Positions 9,523 to 18,578 of a stretch of 57,430 nucleotides of DNA are shown piece after piece. Source of the stretch: a virus (lineage: Duplodnaviria; Caudoviricetes); IMG/VR virus record IMGVR_UViG_3300047557_002126, positions 1 to 57,430 of that record; one strand, given 5' to 3'. Under the pieces are notes generated by a model, which saw only the letters and a list, made by a program, of their open reading frames with translations, searched no databases and was not told the origin of the DNA. Position 1 is the stretch's first letter. Every line of letters starts with the position of its first letter. A program made the position numbers and the translations under genes.

Positions 9523-9665
9523 TTAAAATCTACAACTGGCTTCTGTGTAAACTGTTTAAACAATGCGAGCTTGAATTAAAACCAATAGAAGTGCACAAAA
9601 CAAGTCTTGAAAAGTACTGTGAATTAAACCCCTGGGCACCAGAGTGCAGAATCTATGAAGTATAA
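9519..9665 (+). CDS. cp12: CP12-like mini-protein (C-terminal CP12 motif only)
   Basis: C terminus TSLEKYCELNPWAPECRIYEV matches the CP12 LE.(F/Y)C..NP.A.EC..Y motif; ATGA overlap at the start. Confidence 0.75.
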   Translation: MIKIYNWLLCKLFKQCELELKPIEVHKTSLEKYCELNPWAPECRIYEV

Positions 9666-10071
9666 GAGGAAAAAACAAACGTTTGTTTTTAATCTTCCTC
9701 AAGGCAAAATTCTTAAAATGAGATTGCTTCCCTGGATGTATAACCAGGGAAGTTGTACTTGGCTTGTGTCTTTAGCTGTTGCAAAATCAAAACGTCAAAT
9801 CAACGACTGGTTGCAACGACGCAAAAATCAACGCACTAAAAAATTAGATTCAAATCTTACTGGAACATTTGGTCCGCTTGTCCAAGCTATTGCTGTACGT
9901 CAGCTAAGGAATTGGATGTTATGGCTGCCAGTGGGGGACTCACTGTGTCTACGGTGTGAATCTTCTAAGCCAGACAAACAATTTCAAGTATGGAAAAAAT
10001 GGTTTCAACGTCATGAAAATAAAAATTGGATTGTCAACCAAGACCACAAATACTTTCTGTATTACAAATGA
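9655..10071 (+). CDS. hypothetical phage protein
   Basis: ORF track, 138 aa, overlaps the upstream stop. Confidence 0.7.
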   Translation: MKYKRKKQTFVFNLPQGKILKMRLLPWMYNQGSCTWLVSLAVAKSKRQINDWLQRRKNQRTKKLDSNLTGTFGPLVQAIAVRQLRNWMLWLPVGDSLCLRCESSKPDKQFQVWKKWFQRHENKNWIVNQDHKYFLYYK

Positions 10072-10100
10072 TCTAAAATAAAAAAAAACGGGGTAAGCCC

Positions 10101-10265
10101 ATGGACAAGATTAATCAGTACTTTGAAATTCTTCTTGCGCTGCATGCGCTGTGCTCGTTAATTGCCGCAACAACTAAAACCCCCAAGGACGATAACTTTG
10201 TCGGCAAACTTTATAAGTTAATTGAGATTGGTGGTCTAGTTATTGGCCGTGCCAAAATGCGTTAA
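10101..10265 (+). CDS. small holin-like membrane protein, 54 aa
   Basis: Translated by hand: MDKINQYFEILLALHALCSLIAATTKTPKDDNFVGKLYKLIEIGGLVIGRAKMR. Hydrophobic helix plus TPxDD motif, near the endolysin. Confidence 0.6.
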   Translation: MDKINQYFEILLALHALCSLIAATTKTPKDDNFVGKLYKLIEIGGLVIGRAKMR

Positions 10266-10427
10266 TTAGTTTTCAATTGCCGTAAACCACCATACGCAAC
10301 CACCTTTGCTTTCAACCCATTCACGCGTAGCGTAGGCCTGATCTTTGGTCAACGTTACGCACTTTTTTTCATCATCTAATTCCCAGCACATATTAACTTT
10401 TATCTCTTTGTTTCTTTTTACTTTCAC
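10266..10427 (-). CDS. hypothetical protein
   Basis: GTG start immediately after the endolysin stop. Confidence 0.6.
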   Translation of the reverse strand: MKVKRNKEIKVNMCWELDDEKKCVTLTKDQAYATREWVESKGGCVWWFTAIEN

Positions 10428-10428
10428 T

Positions 10429-11448
10429 TTAATAGTCCCAACGTACACGTGGTTTACCTGGTCGAATTCCTAAATGCACAAACCCTTTTGGTGCGCCATA
10501 GCCTAAAGAGTATGGCCAATTTTTATCGCACCAATCTTGTAAAACATATGTATTTACTCCTTCAATGTAAAAATCAATTGCTCCTTTATTGACTGCATCA
10601 TATGTATGCTCACTGTTTTTAGCACCACCAACTTGTGCGTTAATTGGCTCTGGCCGTGATGCACTTGTAATAGTGATCGGTTTACCACCAAAATGCGCAC
10701 GTGCTTTTTCAACAAAACGACATAATTCCAATGCCGTATCACATTGATACTGTTGAGTAAAACGCCGTGCTTCTTGATTTAACGTTAGTTCTCCATAGGT
10801 AATATTGGGTGTTACCTTGTAGCCAAATGGGCTTTTAGGATTAAACTTTTGTGCTTGTATTGGATCCGTAAGTTTGCTTGAGACGTTACCACTGGTCCCA
10901 AGTTTATTATCCATAATTTGAATTAATTTTGTGGCATAACCTGGATCGGTCGCGTAACCTTCTTTTACCAATAAATTGGCACATTCATTCCTGCTGGCAG
11001 CTCTGTTAACGCCTTGGTATTTACCAAAGTCTTTATACCAGCGATCAACAAGGTAACAAACGCAGGTGTAAAGGTCAGGAAAGTCAATAAACCCTGCTTT
11101 AATTGTTATCCATTTTCCGTTAATAAATTCCTGTGTATTAACCTGTGTTCCGTTTCCTTTAAGACCAAAGTAGTTATTTAAACCAGAGGTGTGTTGACCC
11201 CAGCCAGATTCTAGTGCCCATTGTGCCGCCACAACTTCAGGCCATTTAGCACCAGCGTCTTTACCAGCTGCTAAAACACCTTCCCATGTATTGGTATATT
11301 TATTAACAAGTTGAGGCTTCGTGCGATAACGCATCGCAAAAGACTCCAGGGTTTCAGTAGTTAACTGATCCTGGAGCCAATTCCAGGCTTCAATTTGATG
11401 CTGTTCTTCTGCAAAATACTTTGCAGCGTCAATTAATTTTATTGTCAT
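10429..11448 (-). CDS. modular endolysin (GH73 glucosaminidase + peptidase M15)
   Basis: AQWALESGWG, NNYFGLKG and GYATDP (GH73); ITSASR..IN..VGGA..S.H...AIDF...FVHL (M15). Confidence 0.9.
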   Translation of the reverse strand: MTIKLIDAAKYFAEEQHQIEAWNWLQDQLTTETLESFAMRYRTKPQLVNKYTNTWEGVLAAGKDAGAKWPEVVAAQWALESGWGQHTSGLNNYFGLKGNGTQVNTQEFINGKWITIKAGFIDFPDLYTCVCYLVDRWYKDFGKYQGVNRAASRNECANLLVKEGYATDPGYATKLIQIMDNKLGTSGNVSSKLTDPIQAQKFNPKSPFGYKVTPNITYGELTLNQEARRFTQQYQCDTALELCRFVEKARAHFGGKPITITSASRPEPINAQVGGAKNSEHTYDAVNKGAIDFYIEGVNTYVLQDWCDKNWPYSLGYGAPKGFVHLGIRPGKPRVRWDY

Positions 11449-11491
11449 TGCCCTAGATGCTTTAATACAAATCTAAAGCAACTAAATGTAT

Positions 11492-11821
11492 TTACCAGGG
11501 GACGCCGTTGGCGGTGGTTGGGTTCAAAATATTTTGCACCTTGTCAACCAAACTGGCTTCAATTGCAGTAACTTGTTCTTCGCCAAGAATGCCTTTAATC
11601 CAGCCTAATACTTGTTCCTTGGTCAATTCAGAATAAGGAATGTAATCCTCTGGATCTGGATCGGAAAAACCAACACTACCATAGGCATATGCAGATTGAC
11701 CATCCTCCTCGTACGTTGCAGTCCATCCGCCAGCATAAATGGCTCCTTCTGGACACGTATCGCCATCCGGAAGCTTGCGATCTAAACCAGAAACGTCCCA
11801 GGTAACTACAGAATTTGTCAT
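11492..11821 (-). CDS. tail-associated acidic protein
   Basis: YIPYSELTKEQVLGW...GVPW pattern common next to phage tail fibres. Confidence 0.7.
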   Translation of the reverse strand: MTNSVVTWDVSGLDRKLPDGDTCPEGAIYAGGWTATYEEDGQSAYAYGSVGFSDPDPEDYIPYSELTKEQVLGWIKGILGEEQVTAIEASLVDKVQNILNPTTANGVPW

Positions 11822-11866
11822 TGCTTCTGTCTTTTTTACTATTATAGGTTTACCTATTTACCCAAC

Positions 11867-12544
11867 ATGGATTTAATTGCAGGAAAAACTTTTGTCATTT
11901 GCATACCGGGACGCCAGTTTTCTTCTGAGTTTATGTTGAATTTAATTGAACTTGTTGCATTTATTTCAAGACATGGTGGAAATTTTAAATTGTCCGTTCA
12001 GTATCTTCCTGTAATTAATGCATCGCGCTGTAAATGCCTTGCTGCTGATCTGGCCAACGGTAAAAAACAAAAACCTTTTAATGAGATTCAGTATGACTAC
12101 ATCCTTTGGATTGACTCTGACGTAATTTTTAACAATGACGCATTTTTAAAATTACTTCAGATGGATAAAACTATTGCTTCAGGCTGGTACGCGCAACCTT
12201 CTCAGGCATTAGATGGGACAATGTTTACACCTGTTGTGGAACATGCAGATCCAGAATATTTCAAAAAGAACATTACGTATAAATTTATGACTGTTAAAGA
12301 TATGTCAAAAAAGAAAAAACCATTTACTGTCGATCATATTGGTTTTGGATGGGTACTCATAAAACAAGGTGTATTTGAAACCCTGGAATATCCCTGGTTT
12401 GCGCCACGTATGCAAACAGCGGGTGAGTTCCAGGATCTTTGCTCAGAAGATGTGGCCTTTTGCTTGGACGCACAAAAAGCCGGTTATGAAATATGGCTAG
12501 ATCCAGCGTGTCGTGTAGGGCACGAAAAACAACTGGTTATTTAA
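11867..12544 (+). CDS. GT-A (family 2-like) glycosyltransferase
   Basis: YDYILWIDSD DxD motif, GFGW, SED..FC, VGHEK. Confidence 0.85.
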   Translation: MDLIAGKTFVICIPGRQFSSEFMLNLIELVAFISRHGGNFKLSVQYLPVINASRCKCLAADLANGKKQKPFNEIQYDYILWIDSDVIFNNDAFLKLLQMDKTIASGWYAQPSQALDGTMFTPVVEHADPEYFKKNITYKFMTVKDMSKKKKPFTVDHIGFGWVLIKQGVFETLEYPWFAPRMQTAGEFQDLCSEDVAFCLDAQKAGYEIWLDPACRVGHEKQLVI

Positions 12545-12560
12545 AATCAAGTAAGTTTTA

Positions 12561-15371
12561 TCAAGACAATCTATATGTAACAAAAGTATTAGCTGCGGTA
12601 CGTCTAGTTGCAAAACGGCCAGATGTACCTGTAGCCACAGAGCCAGAGCCAACAATAGTATGTGCAGTATTTGCAAGTACACGAACTAGGCTGGGACCTG
12701 TATTAATAACACTCCATTCAAATGTCATGTTGTTATAGATATTATTAACACCAGTATTAAAACCAGCTTCCGTGTTGGTTCCTGTTGGCAGCGTCATGTC
12801 CGTAGCCGCTGCAGAAGTACTTGTAATAATCCCTGCTTTTAAGTTGGCAGCGGTAAGAGTTGCTGTTGCATTAACAGCTGCCGGAGCCACCTGATTGTAT
12901 GCAATAATTCCATCGCTGGTTATGCGAAGCTGTTCCGTCGGGTTGCTCGCACCTGAACTTGTCGTGCTCAGGACAATTCGGCCCGGCATTGAGTCGGTGC
13001 CGGGGGTGTTGTCTACAAAAGATTCTATTGAAGCAGTGGCATTATTTAAGTCAGTACCGTCGTGCCCGGCAAAGATAATAAAACCAGTTCTGTCGCCGCT
13101 TGCAACCACGCTCGCGGATGCTCTTGCCCTGCCCAAGAACAAACCAGCAGAGTTTCCTGCACCTGTACTGTCTTGGCGATACAGGGATAGGCTTGACTGT
13201 GCATAGGTTGTGCCAGATAGCTGCAGGTTACTCTCAACCCCATAGATATTATTGCTTCCAGTCGTCCCCATCAGCAACCTGCCGGAGCTGTCGATGCGGG
13301 CGCGTTCAGTTGCAGCATTTAATGTCGTACCTGTTGTACCAGTAGATGCGATGGAGAATACGATTGGGCCACCTGCACCTGTGCCTGTTCCCCTACCACC
13401 TTGAACGGTAAGAGTAGCACCTGTGATGTTGGTGCCAGAACCACCAGTTGCCGCGATTAATGCATTTGCTGGAGAAGCATTTGTTTCACCATTACCAAAG
13501 AAGATTGTTCCTGCATTATTAATCCTCATCCGCTCCGTCGGCGGGCTGCTCGCTCCATCGGCGGTGGTGCTGAAGACCAAACGTCCCGGCATGTCGTTAG
13601 CGCCGGGGGTGCCGTCTACTTGGCACTCAATAGTTCCCGCTGTAATTGGTGCCGAACCATCAAAGCCAGACCAACGAATCTTGCCAAGACTGTTTCCACT
13701 TAAAACAATACTACCTCCATGAGTCTTGAGAAACTCAAGGTTGGGAATCCTTCCCCCAGAGGCTGAATTATGGTGAAGCAGTAGGTGGGTATTCTCTGAA
13801 GACAAGGCCGAATAGATTTCAACGGACCCAGCGCCAATGGCTCCAGTAGATGCACTACTCGTCCCCACCAGCAGCCTGCCGGAACTGTCGATGCGGGCTA
13901 CTTCGCTGGCGCCGATGTTGGTGATAAAGGGCGCTGTACTAGCATTAGCCGATATTGTCGTGCTACCCAGGTAGTCAACTTTGAACCTTTCGGTTAGCGC
14001 TCCAACCCCGTTATCGAGCTTGATTGTAAAGTTGCTTGCTGAGCCTGCCGTATTGATCGACGTGGCATCAAAAACCACATGATTGCGTGCCGCTCCACCG
14101 CCAGAAGAGTCGGCATTGAAAAAGCTAATTCTGCCCCACGGATCTGTAGTAGACCAGTCGCTACCTACTGACGTTGTTCCAATCCTCAGCTCAGTCGGCG
14201 TTGGAGAGGCGCTGCCGGTTGCAGAAGAAAGATGAAGCAGGGTGCTGGGGCTCGCGGTGCCAATACCCACATTGCCTGCATGGGTAATCCGCACAACTTC
14301 AGCCAACGTGTCATTGGAAGACGCGCTGGAATGCGTAAAAAAAGCAAGACCTAATCGATCGTCATCTACATCTGTTTGTACTGATGCGATAGCAGCACCA
14401 GGGCGATCACCATTGATCTTGCTAAGAGCGATTGCTGTTGAATAAGCGCCATTTGCTGGAGTACCACCAGATTGTTGGATGTAAAGGCCAGCAGTCGACG
14501 CACCTAAGTTAGCGTCAAACTGAGCTGTTGATAAAACTTGAAGTAATGCTCGCGGACTTGTGGTGCCCAGACCTAAACGGCCTGAGGAATCAATCCTCAT
14601 CCGCTCATCAATTCCGCCACTCGTATTGTTGGTGAGAAAACGAAGATCGCTGGCGCCACCATTGCTATTGGCATAAATATCAATTGAGGCCCTTACCGAT
14701 GCACCTGCCGGAGTCGAGGCATCACCAGAGTAAAACTCCAGTGCAGCGGTTGATTGATTTGCTACACCGTTGTAATTATTGCTAATGCGTAGTGTCGTAA
14801 CTTCCGAGACGATATTACTTGCGACTTCTAGCCTTGTTGCAGGGCTACTGGTCCCCAGACCTAAACGGCCACTTGCATCAACAAACAATCGTCCATTGCC
14901 ACTTGTTGTGATTGCTAGTTGATTTGCACCAGGGCTATATAAACCTGTATCCGAATCTCCACTTACAGATAACGAAGGAGTTGCTGCAAGACCCGACGCA
15001 ATAACTGTTGTACCAGTAACTGTAATGTTTGGGAAAACAAATGTACCGGTAGTTGCAATAGAAGCGGGAATTACAGTGCCGTCACTGGGCGTACCAACAG
15101 CTTGTACATCGCCTAGAACGGTAGCAAAAAATGTAGTGCCAGAGACAGGCGGCGTTGTAAAGGTAAGGCCAGATCCCGACACTAAATAGTCAACCCCTGG
15201 TTGCTGGATAACACCACCAAGGGAAAGTAATACGTTTTGGGCAAGGCCAGGGATAACACCTTGGCCACCAGCAGTCATGGTAAAGCCGGATGCTGTGCCG
15301 TTAAATCCCCCGGAAATTTGATCCAGGAGAATGTAACGACCAACAACCGGCTGCTGCCCAACGTAAGCCAT
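12561..15371 (-). CDS. tail fibre protein 1
   Basis: MAYVG start; FNG...LLSLGGVIQQPG head domain; repeated ERMRIDSSGRLGLGT modules. Confidence 0.88.
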   Translation of the reverse strand: MAYVGQQPVVGRYILLDQISGGFNGTASGFTMTAGGQGVIPGLAQNVLLSLGGVIQQPGVDYLVSGSGLTFTTPPVSGTTFFATVLGDVQAVGTPSDGTVIPASIATTGTFVFPNITVTGTTVIASGLAATPSLSVSGDSDTGLYSPGANQLAITTSGNGRLFVDASGRLGLGTSSPATRLEVASNIVSEVTTLRISNNYNGVANQSTAALEFYSGDASTPAGASVRASIDIYANSNGGASDLRFLTNNTSGGIDERMRIDSSGRLGLGTTSPRALLQVLSTAQFDANLGASTAGLYIQQSGGTPANGAYSTAIALSKINGDRPGAAIASVQTDVDDDRLGLAFFTHSSASSNDTLAEVVRITHAGNVGIGTASPSTLLHLSSATGSASPTPTELRIGTTSVGSDWSTTDPWGRISFFNADSSGGGAARNHVVFDATSINTAGSASNFTIKLDNGVGALTERFKVDYLGSTTISANASTAPFITNIGASEVARIDSSGRLLVGTSSASTGAIGAGSVEIYSALSSENTHLLLHHNSASGGRIPNLEFLKTHGGSIVLSGNSLGKIRWSGFDGSAPITAGTIECQVDGTPGANDMPGRLVFSTTADGASSPPTERMRINNAGTIFFGNGETNASPANALIAATGGSGTNITGATLTVQGGRGTGTGAGGPIVFSIASTGTTGTTLNAATERARIDSSGRLLMGTTGSNNIYGVESNLQLSGTTYAQSSLSLYRQDSTGAGNSAGLFLGRARASASVVASGDRTGFIIFAGHDGTDLNNATASIESFVDNTPGTDSMPGRIVLSTTSSGASNPTEQLRITSDGIIAYNQVAPAAVNATATLTAANLKAGIITSTSAAATDMTLPTGTNTEAGFNTGVNNIYNNMTFEWSVINTGPSLVRVLANTAHTIVGSGSVATGTSGRFATRRTAANTFVTYRLS

Positions 15372-15411
15372 TTGATATAGGAACACAAATACTTATGTTC
15401 CTATTTTAATG

Positions 15412-15600
15412 TCACTCGACTTCAGAAGTTGTTTCTACTGTTGACTCTTCTTCCAGCTCGCGCAGTGCATTAATTGCACCTTGAAGGCTAATTGCCTGCT
15501 CACGGCAAGAATTGATGACTTGAACAGCTTGATTGTGTTGTTCCACAACCTTTTCAAGTTCAGCAGTCAGCGATTCAATTTTTTCTGCGGGTGTTGCCAT
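15412..15600 (-). CDS. small coiled-coil protein
   Basis: ORF track; heptad pattern and LQGAI..L motif. Confidence 0.7.
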   Translation of the reverse strand: MATPAEKIESLTAELEKVVEQHNQAVQVINSCREQAISLQGAINALRELEEESTVETTSEVE

Positions 15601-15629
15601 GTTTCAAAACAATCTGGATAAATTATATC

Positions 15630-15836
15630 TTATTCACCCCAGATGGCGTTAGCAATTGCCACCACCTTGGGATCTTCGGTAGTTAGATTTGCACCAGGTT
15701 CCAGTACATGGCGGTGGTAAGTCTGGGACAGAACATTGCCGTCTTCCAGGACGCGAATGGCGGTGCGGACTTGGATATGCCCGGTCTCCAGCACTTCGAT
15801 CTTGTCAACGACGGATTCTTTGGTGAGTTCAGCCAT
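15630..15836 (-). CDS. tail-fibre-associated (assembly) protein
   Basis: DKIEV...IQVR......G......YHRHVL.PG......V.AIA..IW pattern; GGAGG upstream. Confidence 0.75.
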   Translation of the reverse strand: MAELTKESVVDKIEVLETGHIQVRTAIRVLEDGNVLSQTYHRHVLEPGANLTTEDPKVVAIANAIWGE

Positions 15837-15899
15837 TAGGGTCATCCTCCAGATGAGACAGGTTTAGGCCGTAGTTTTGAGCCGTTGCGGGCTTTGGCG

Positions 15900-18161
15900 T
15901 TACACAAAGTAACTGCCAGACACCATTAGTTCACCTGCCGCATCTAAAGGAATCACTACACTTGCTCCTCCGCCCGTTGGTACCTGATGCAATCTTATAT
16001 TGCTTGAATTGACCAGGCAGTATGCTTGCAGTATATTACCTGCCGTTAGCGCAATGTTGCTTGCCCATGCAGACAAGACAGCAAAGCTGTTTGCGACCGA
16101 AGAGGTAGTAAAGGGGAGCCCACTAAGGTCCATGTTACCCGTACCAGTATGGGCAGTCCATGTGATATAAATATTAAAGATCACGCGATTGCCAATCTTG
16201 GTGTATCTGCCTACTTGACTGCCATAGGTTCCCGTACCAGCAGTGCTTGTTCCTATAACTGTCGGCGTAAACGCCCCCTCCTCATAATCATCCAGTGCAT
16301 TAGCCGCTGCGGTGTCGCCACCGAACTGGATGCCGCCCGTGCCAGAGGCGAGGCGGATGTAGCGGTCGCTGGTTATGCGAAGCTGCTCCGTCGGGCCATT
16401 TCCGCCATCGGCGGTGGTAGAAAATATCAAGCGCGCCGGCATTTCTGCAGTTGTTGGCGTACTTTCGCAAACTGCTTGTATTACTGCGCCGCCCCGCATT
16501 ATTGGCGTCGTCGATGCATCTACACCATAAAAATCAATCTGCCCGAGAACGTCATCGGTCTGTACTGTGCCGCCAGTGTAATCAAAGCCTCCTGCGGTTG
16601 TTGCTCTGTTTCTGAATAAGGCCAGGCGGCAGTTGTTAGAAGCACTGTTGGCATAAATTCCAAGAGTGGAGGAAGATAGTGACGAGTTAGTAGAATTTAA
16701 CTGAAACGCAGGCGTTAATCCAGTCGAGCTGACGCTTTGCGCGGAAGAGGCCCCCACCAACAGCCTGCCGGAGCTGTCGATGCGGGCTACTTCGCTGGCG
16801 CCGATGTTGGCGATAAATGGTGCGGTTGCCGCAGCAGAAGTTAGAGTTGTAGTACCACTATTATTAACCGTGAATGGTGTGGTTGCTGTAGATACATTAT
16901 TTACCTGAAATACAGATGTTGTAATTTTAATCTCATAATCGGATTGAGTACCGCCAGCGGTATCCTCTAATCGAATAACAGGGTCATCTGCGGCAATGTG
17001 CAGCAAGGTTGCTGGACTCGTGGTACCGATACCGACGCGGCCATCGGAGGTAATGCGAAGCCGCTCCGTCGGGCTGCTCGCTCCATCTGCGGTGGTACTG
17101 AAAACAATCCGGCCCGGCATATCAGTGGTATCGCCACTGGTATCTGGCTGCCCATCAACAGCTACATAGATGCCTGCAGCCTTTACAAAAGCTGCAGCAG
17201 TGCCTGAGTATCCGGTGAACTCAAGAGCACCCAAGAAATCATCTTGAGAAACAACAGTCGGAGAAGCCGTAGTTCCCCTGGATCTAGAAAACGCTAAATA
17301 CGGACTTGTGCTAGCGGAAGCGTTTGCTGTAAAAAACTCACCAATGCGGCCATTATTGTCTCTTACTTGGAGAAGATGATTGTAGTTAGAAGTAGAAGTC
17401 GTCCCCACTAGCAACCTGCCGGAGCTGTCGATGCGGGCGCGTTCGGAGCCAATGTTTGCGGTTTCAAACTTAATATAGCCGCCCCCTCGATATGCTGAAA
17501 TTACTATTCCATTGCTCGCGCCAGAATCTCCGGTGGTCCCAATAACTCCTCCACCATTGCCATCCACGGATAACAGGTTTATTGCACGTTCATTACTAGT
17601 AGCAGTACCGGAAACGTAAAGCCCTGCACTACCCAATCCAGAGTTAGCTGTTGCAGCTATTAGTGCATTTCCATTGACATGCAAACTGTAGCCAGGTGCG
17701 GTAGTGCCAATCCCTACGTTTCCTGAGGAATTGATCGTAAGTCGTGGACTAGTAACTTCAACTCCGGTGTTATTTTGTGTATAGAACTCAAGCGCAGATG
17801 GGGCATTCCACTGCGTTATAGTTGACCATGTACCGTCTTGTCGGGCGCGAATACTTGCGGCAACGGTAAAGTTAGAAGTCTTGAATCCCTCCCATTCAAT
17901 GCGACCAATTTCTTCTGTTCCAGCCGTTGCTTCCAGGTTGTTACTGGACTCGATGCGAAGCTTTGGTGTATCTCCGCGATAATGCAAACCAACGTCTGGA
18001 CTGGTCGTCCCCAGGCCTACACGGTTGTTTGTATCATCAAGATACAAAGTTCCACTATCATAATCAAATGGCTGCGATAACTTCTCTCCCGTTACCGCAC
18101 CATTATTAATATTTTCAGTGCCGATATTAAAATCGGTCAGAACATTACCGATGTATGGCAT
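15900..18161 (-). CDS. tail fibre protein 2
   Basis: MPYIGN start, RIDSSGRLLVG repeats, C-terminal LDDYEEG.FTP...G.YTKIG domain. Confidence 0.88.
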   Translation of the reverse strand: MPYIGNVLTDFNIGTENINNGAVTGEKLSQPFDYDSGTLYLDDTNNRVGLGTTSPDVGLHYRGDTPKLRIESSNNLEATAGTEEIGRIEWEGFKTSNFTVAASIRARQDGTWSTITQWNAPSALEFYTQNNTGVEVTSPRLTINSSGNVGIGTTAPGYSLHVNGNALIAATANSGLGSAGLYVSGTATSNERAINLLSVDGNGGGVIGTTGDSGASNGIVISAYRGGGYIKFETANIGSERARIDSSGRLLVGTTSTSNYNHLLQVRDNNGRIGEFFTANASASTSPYLAFSRSRGTTASPTVVSQDDFLGALEFTGYSGTAAAFVKAAGIYVAVDGQPDTSGDTTDMPGRIVFSTTADGASSPTERLRITSDGRVGIGTTSPATLLHIAADDPVIRLEDTAGGTQSDYEIKITTSVFQVNNVSTATTPFTVNNSGTTTLTSAAATAPFIANIGASEVARIDSSGRLLVGASSAQSVSSTGLTPAFQLNSTNSSLSSSTLGIYANSASNNCRLALFRNRATTAGGFDYTGGTVQTDDVLGQIDFYGVDASTTPIMRGGAVIQAVCESTPTTAEMPARLIFSTTADGGNGPTEQLRITSDRYIRLASGTGGIQFGGDTAAANALDDYEEGAFTPTVIGTSTAGTGTYGSQVGRYTKIGNRVIFNIYITWTAHTGTGNMDLSGLPFTTSSVANSFAVLSAWASNIALTAGNILQAYCLVNSSNIRLHQVPTGGGASVVIPLDAAGELMVSGSYFV

Positions 18162-18163
18162 GG

Positions 18164-18535
18164 TTAGATCGTATTATCTTGCGGGTTCAACATGTAGGAG
18201 ACCGTAAGGTCTACCGAATTAGCAGTACCTGCATAAGCACGGATAACATCTTGGGATTCAACAATAATTTTATTTCCGGTCATAAACTCTAGAGAAGACT
18301 GGTTGGGGACCGTGCCAGAAGTAATAAGAGATCCCGTAATTGTTCCGCCGGATTTAATAATTTGTACAGTAACGTTTTGAGAATTAGCGGTTGTGTTGGA
18401 AGCAAGAATACCAAGAATTACGCCATAGGTTCCAGAGGGAACGCCACTAGAATTGCTTACGCCAGTAATAATGGGAGTCGGAGATGCTGATCCGCTGGCA
18501 ATACTGCGTCTAACTACAGAAACAAACCGGGCCAT
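18164..18535 (-). CDS. tail structural protein
   Basis: Beta-rich, VP..SSLE...GNK.I.E..D.I pattern, located between fibre genes. Confidence 0.7.
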   Translation of the reverse strand: MARFVSVVRRSIASGSASPTPIITGVSNSSGVPSGTYGVILGILASNTTANSQNVTVQIIKSGGTITGSLITSGTVPNQSSLEFMTGNKIIVESQDVIRAYAGTANSVDLTVSYMLNPQDNTI

Positions 18536-18578
18536 TTATTTGCGAATCAGGTGCACATTTTCTTTAATTATAACGTCT

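Noticed and set aside
12561-18161. Diversity-generating retroelement or invertible tail cassette
   Set aside because: No reverse transcriptase or invertase in the window; repeats are short, direct and in frame.
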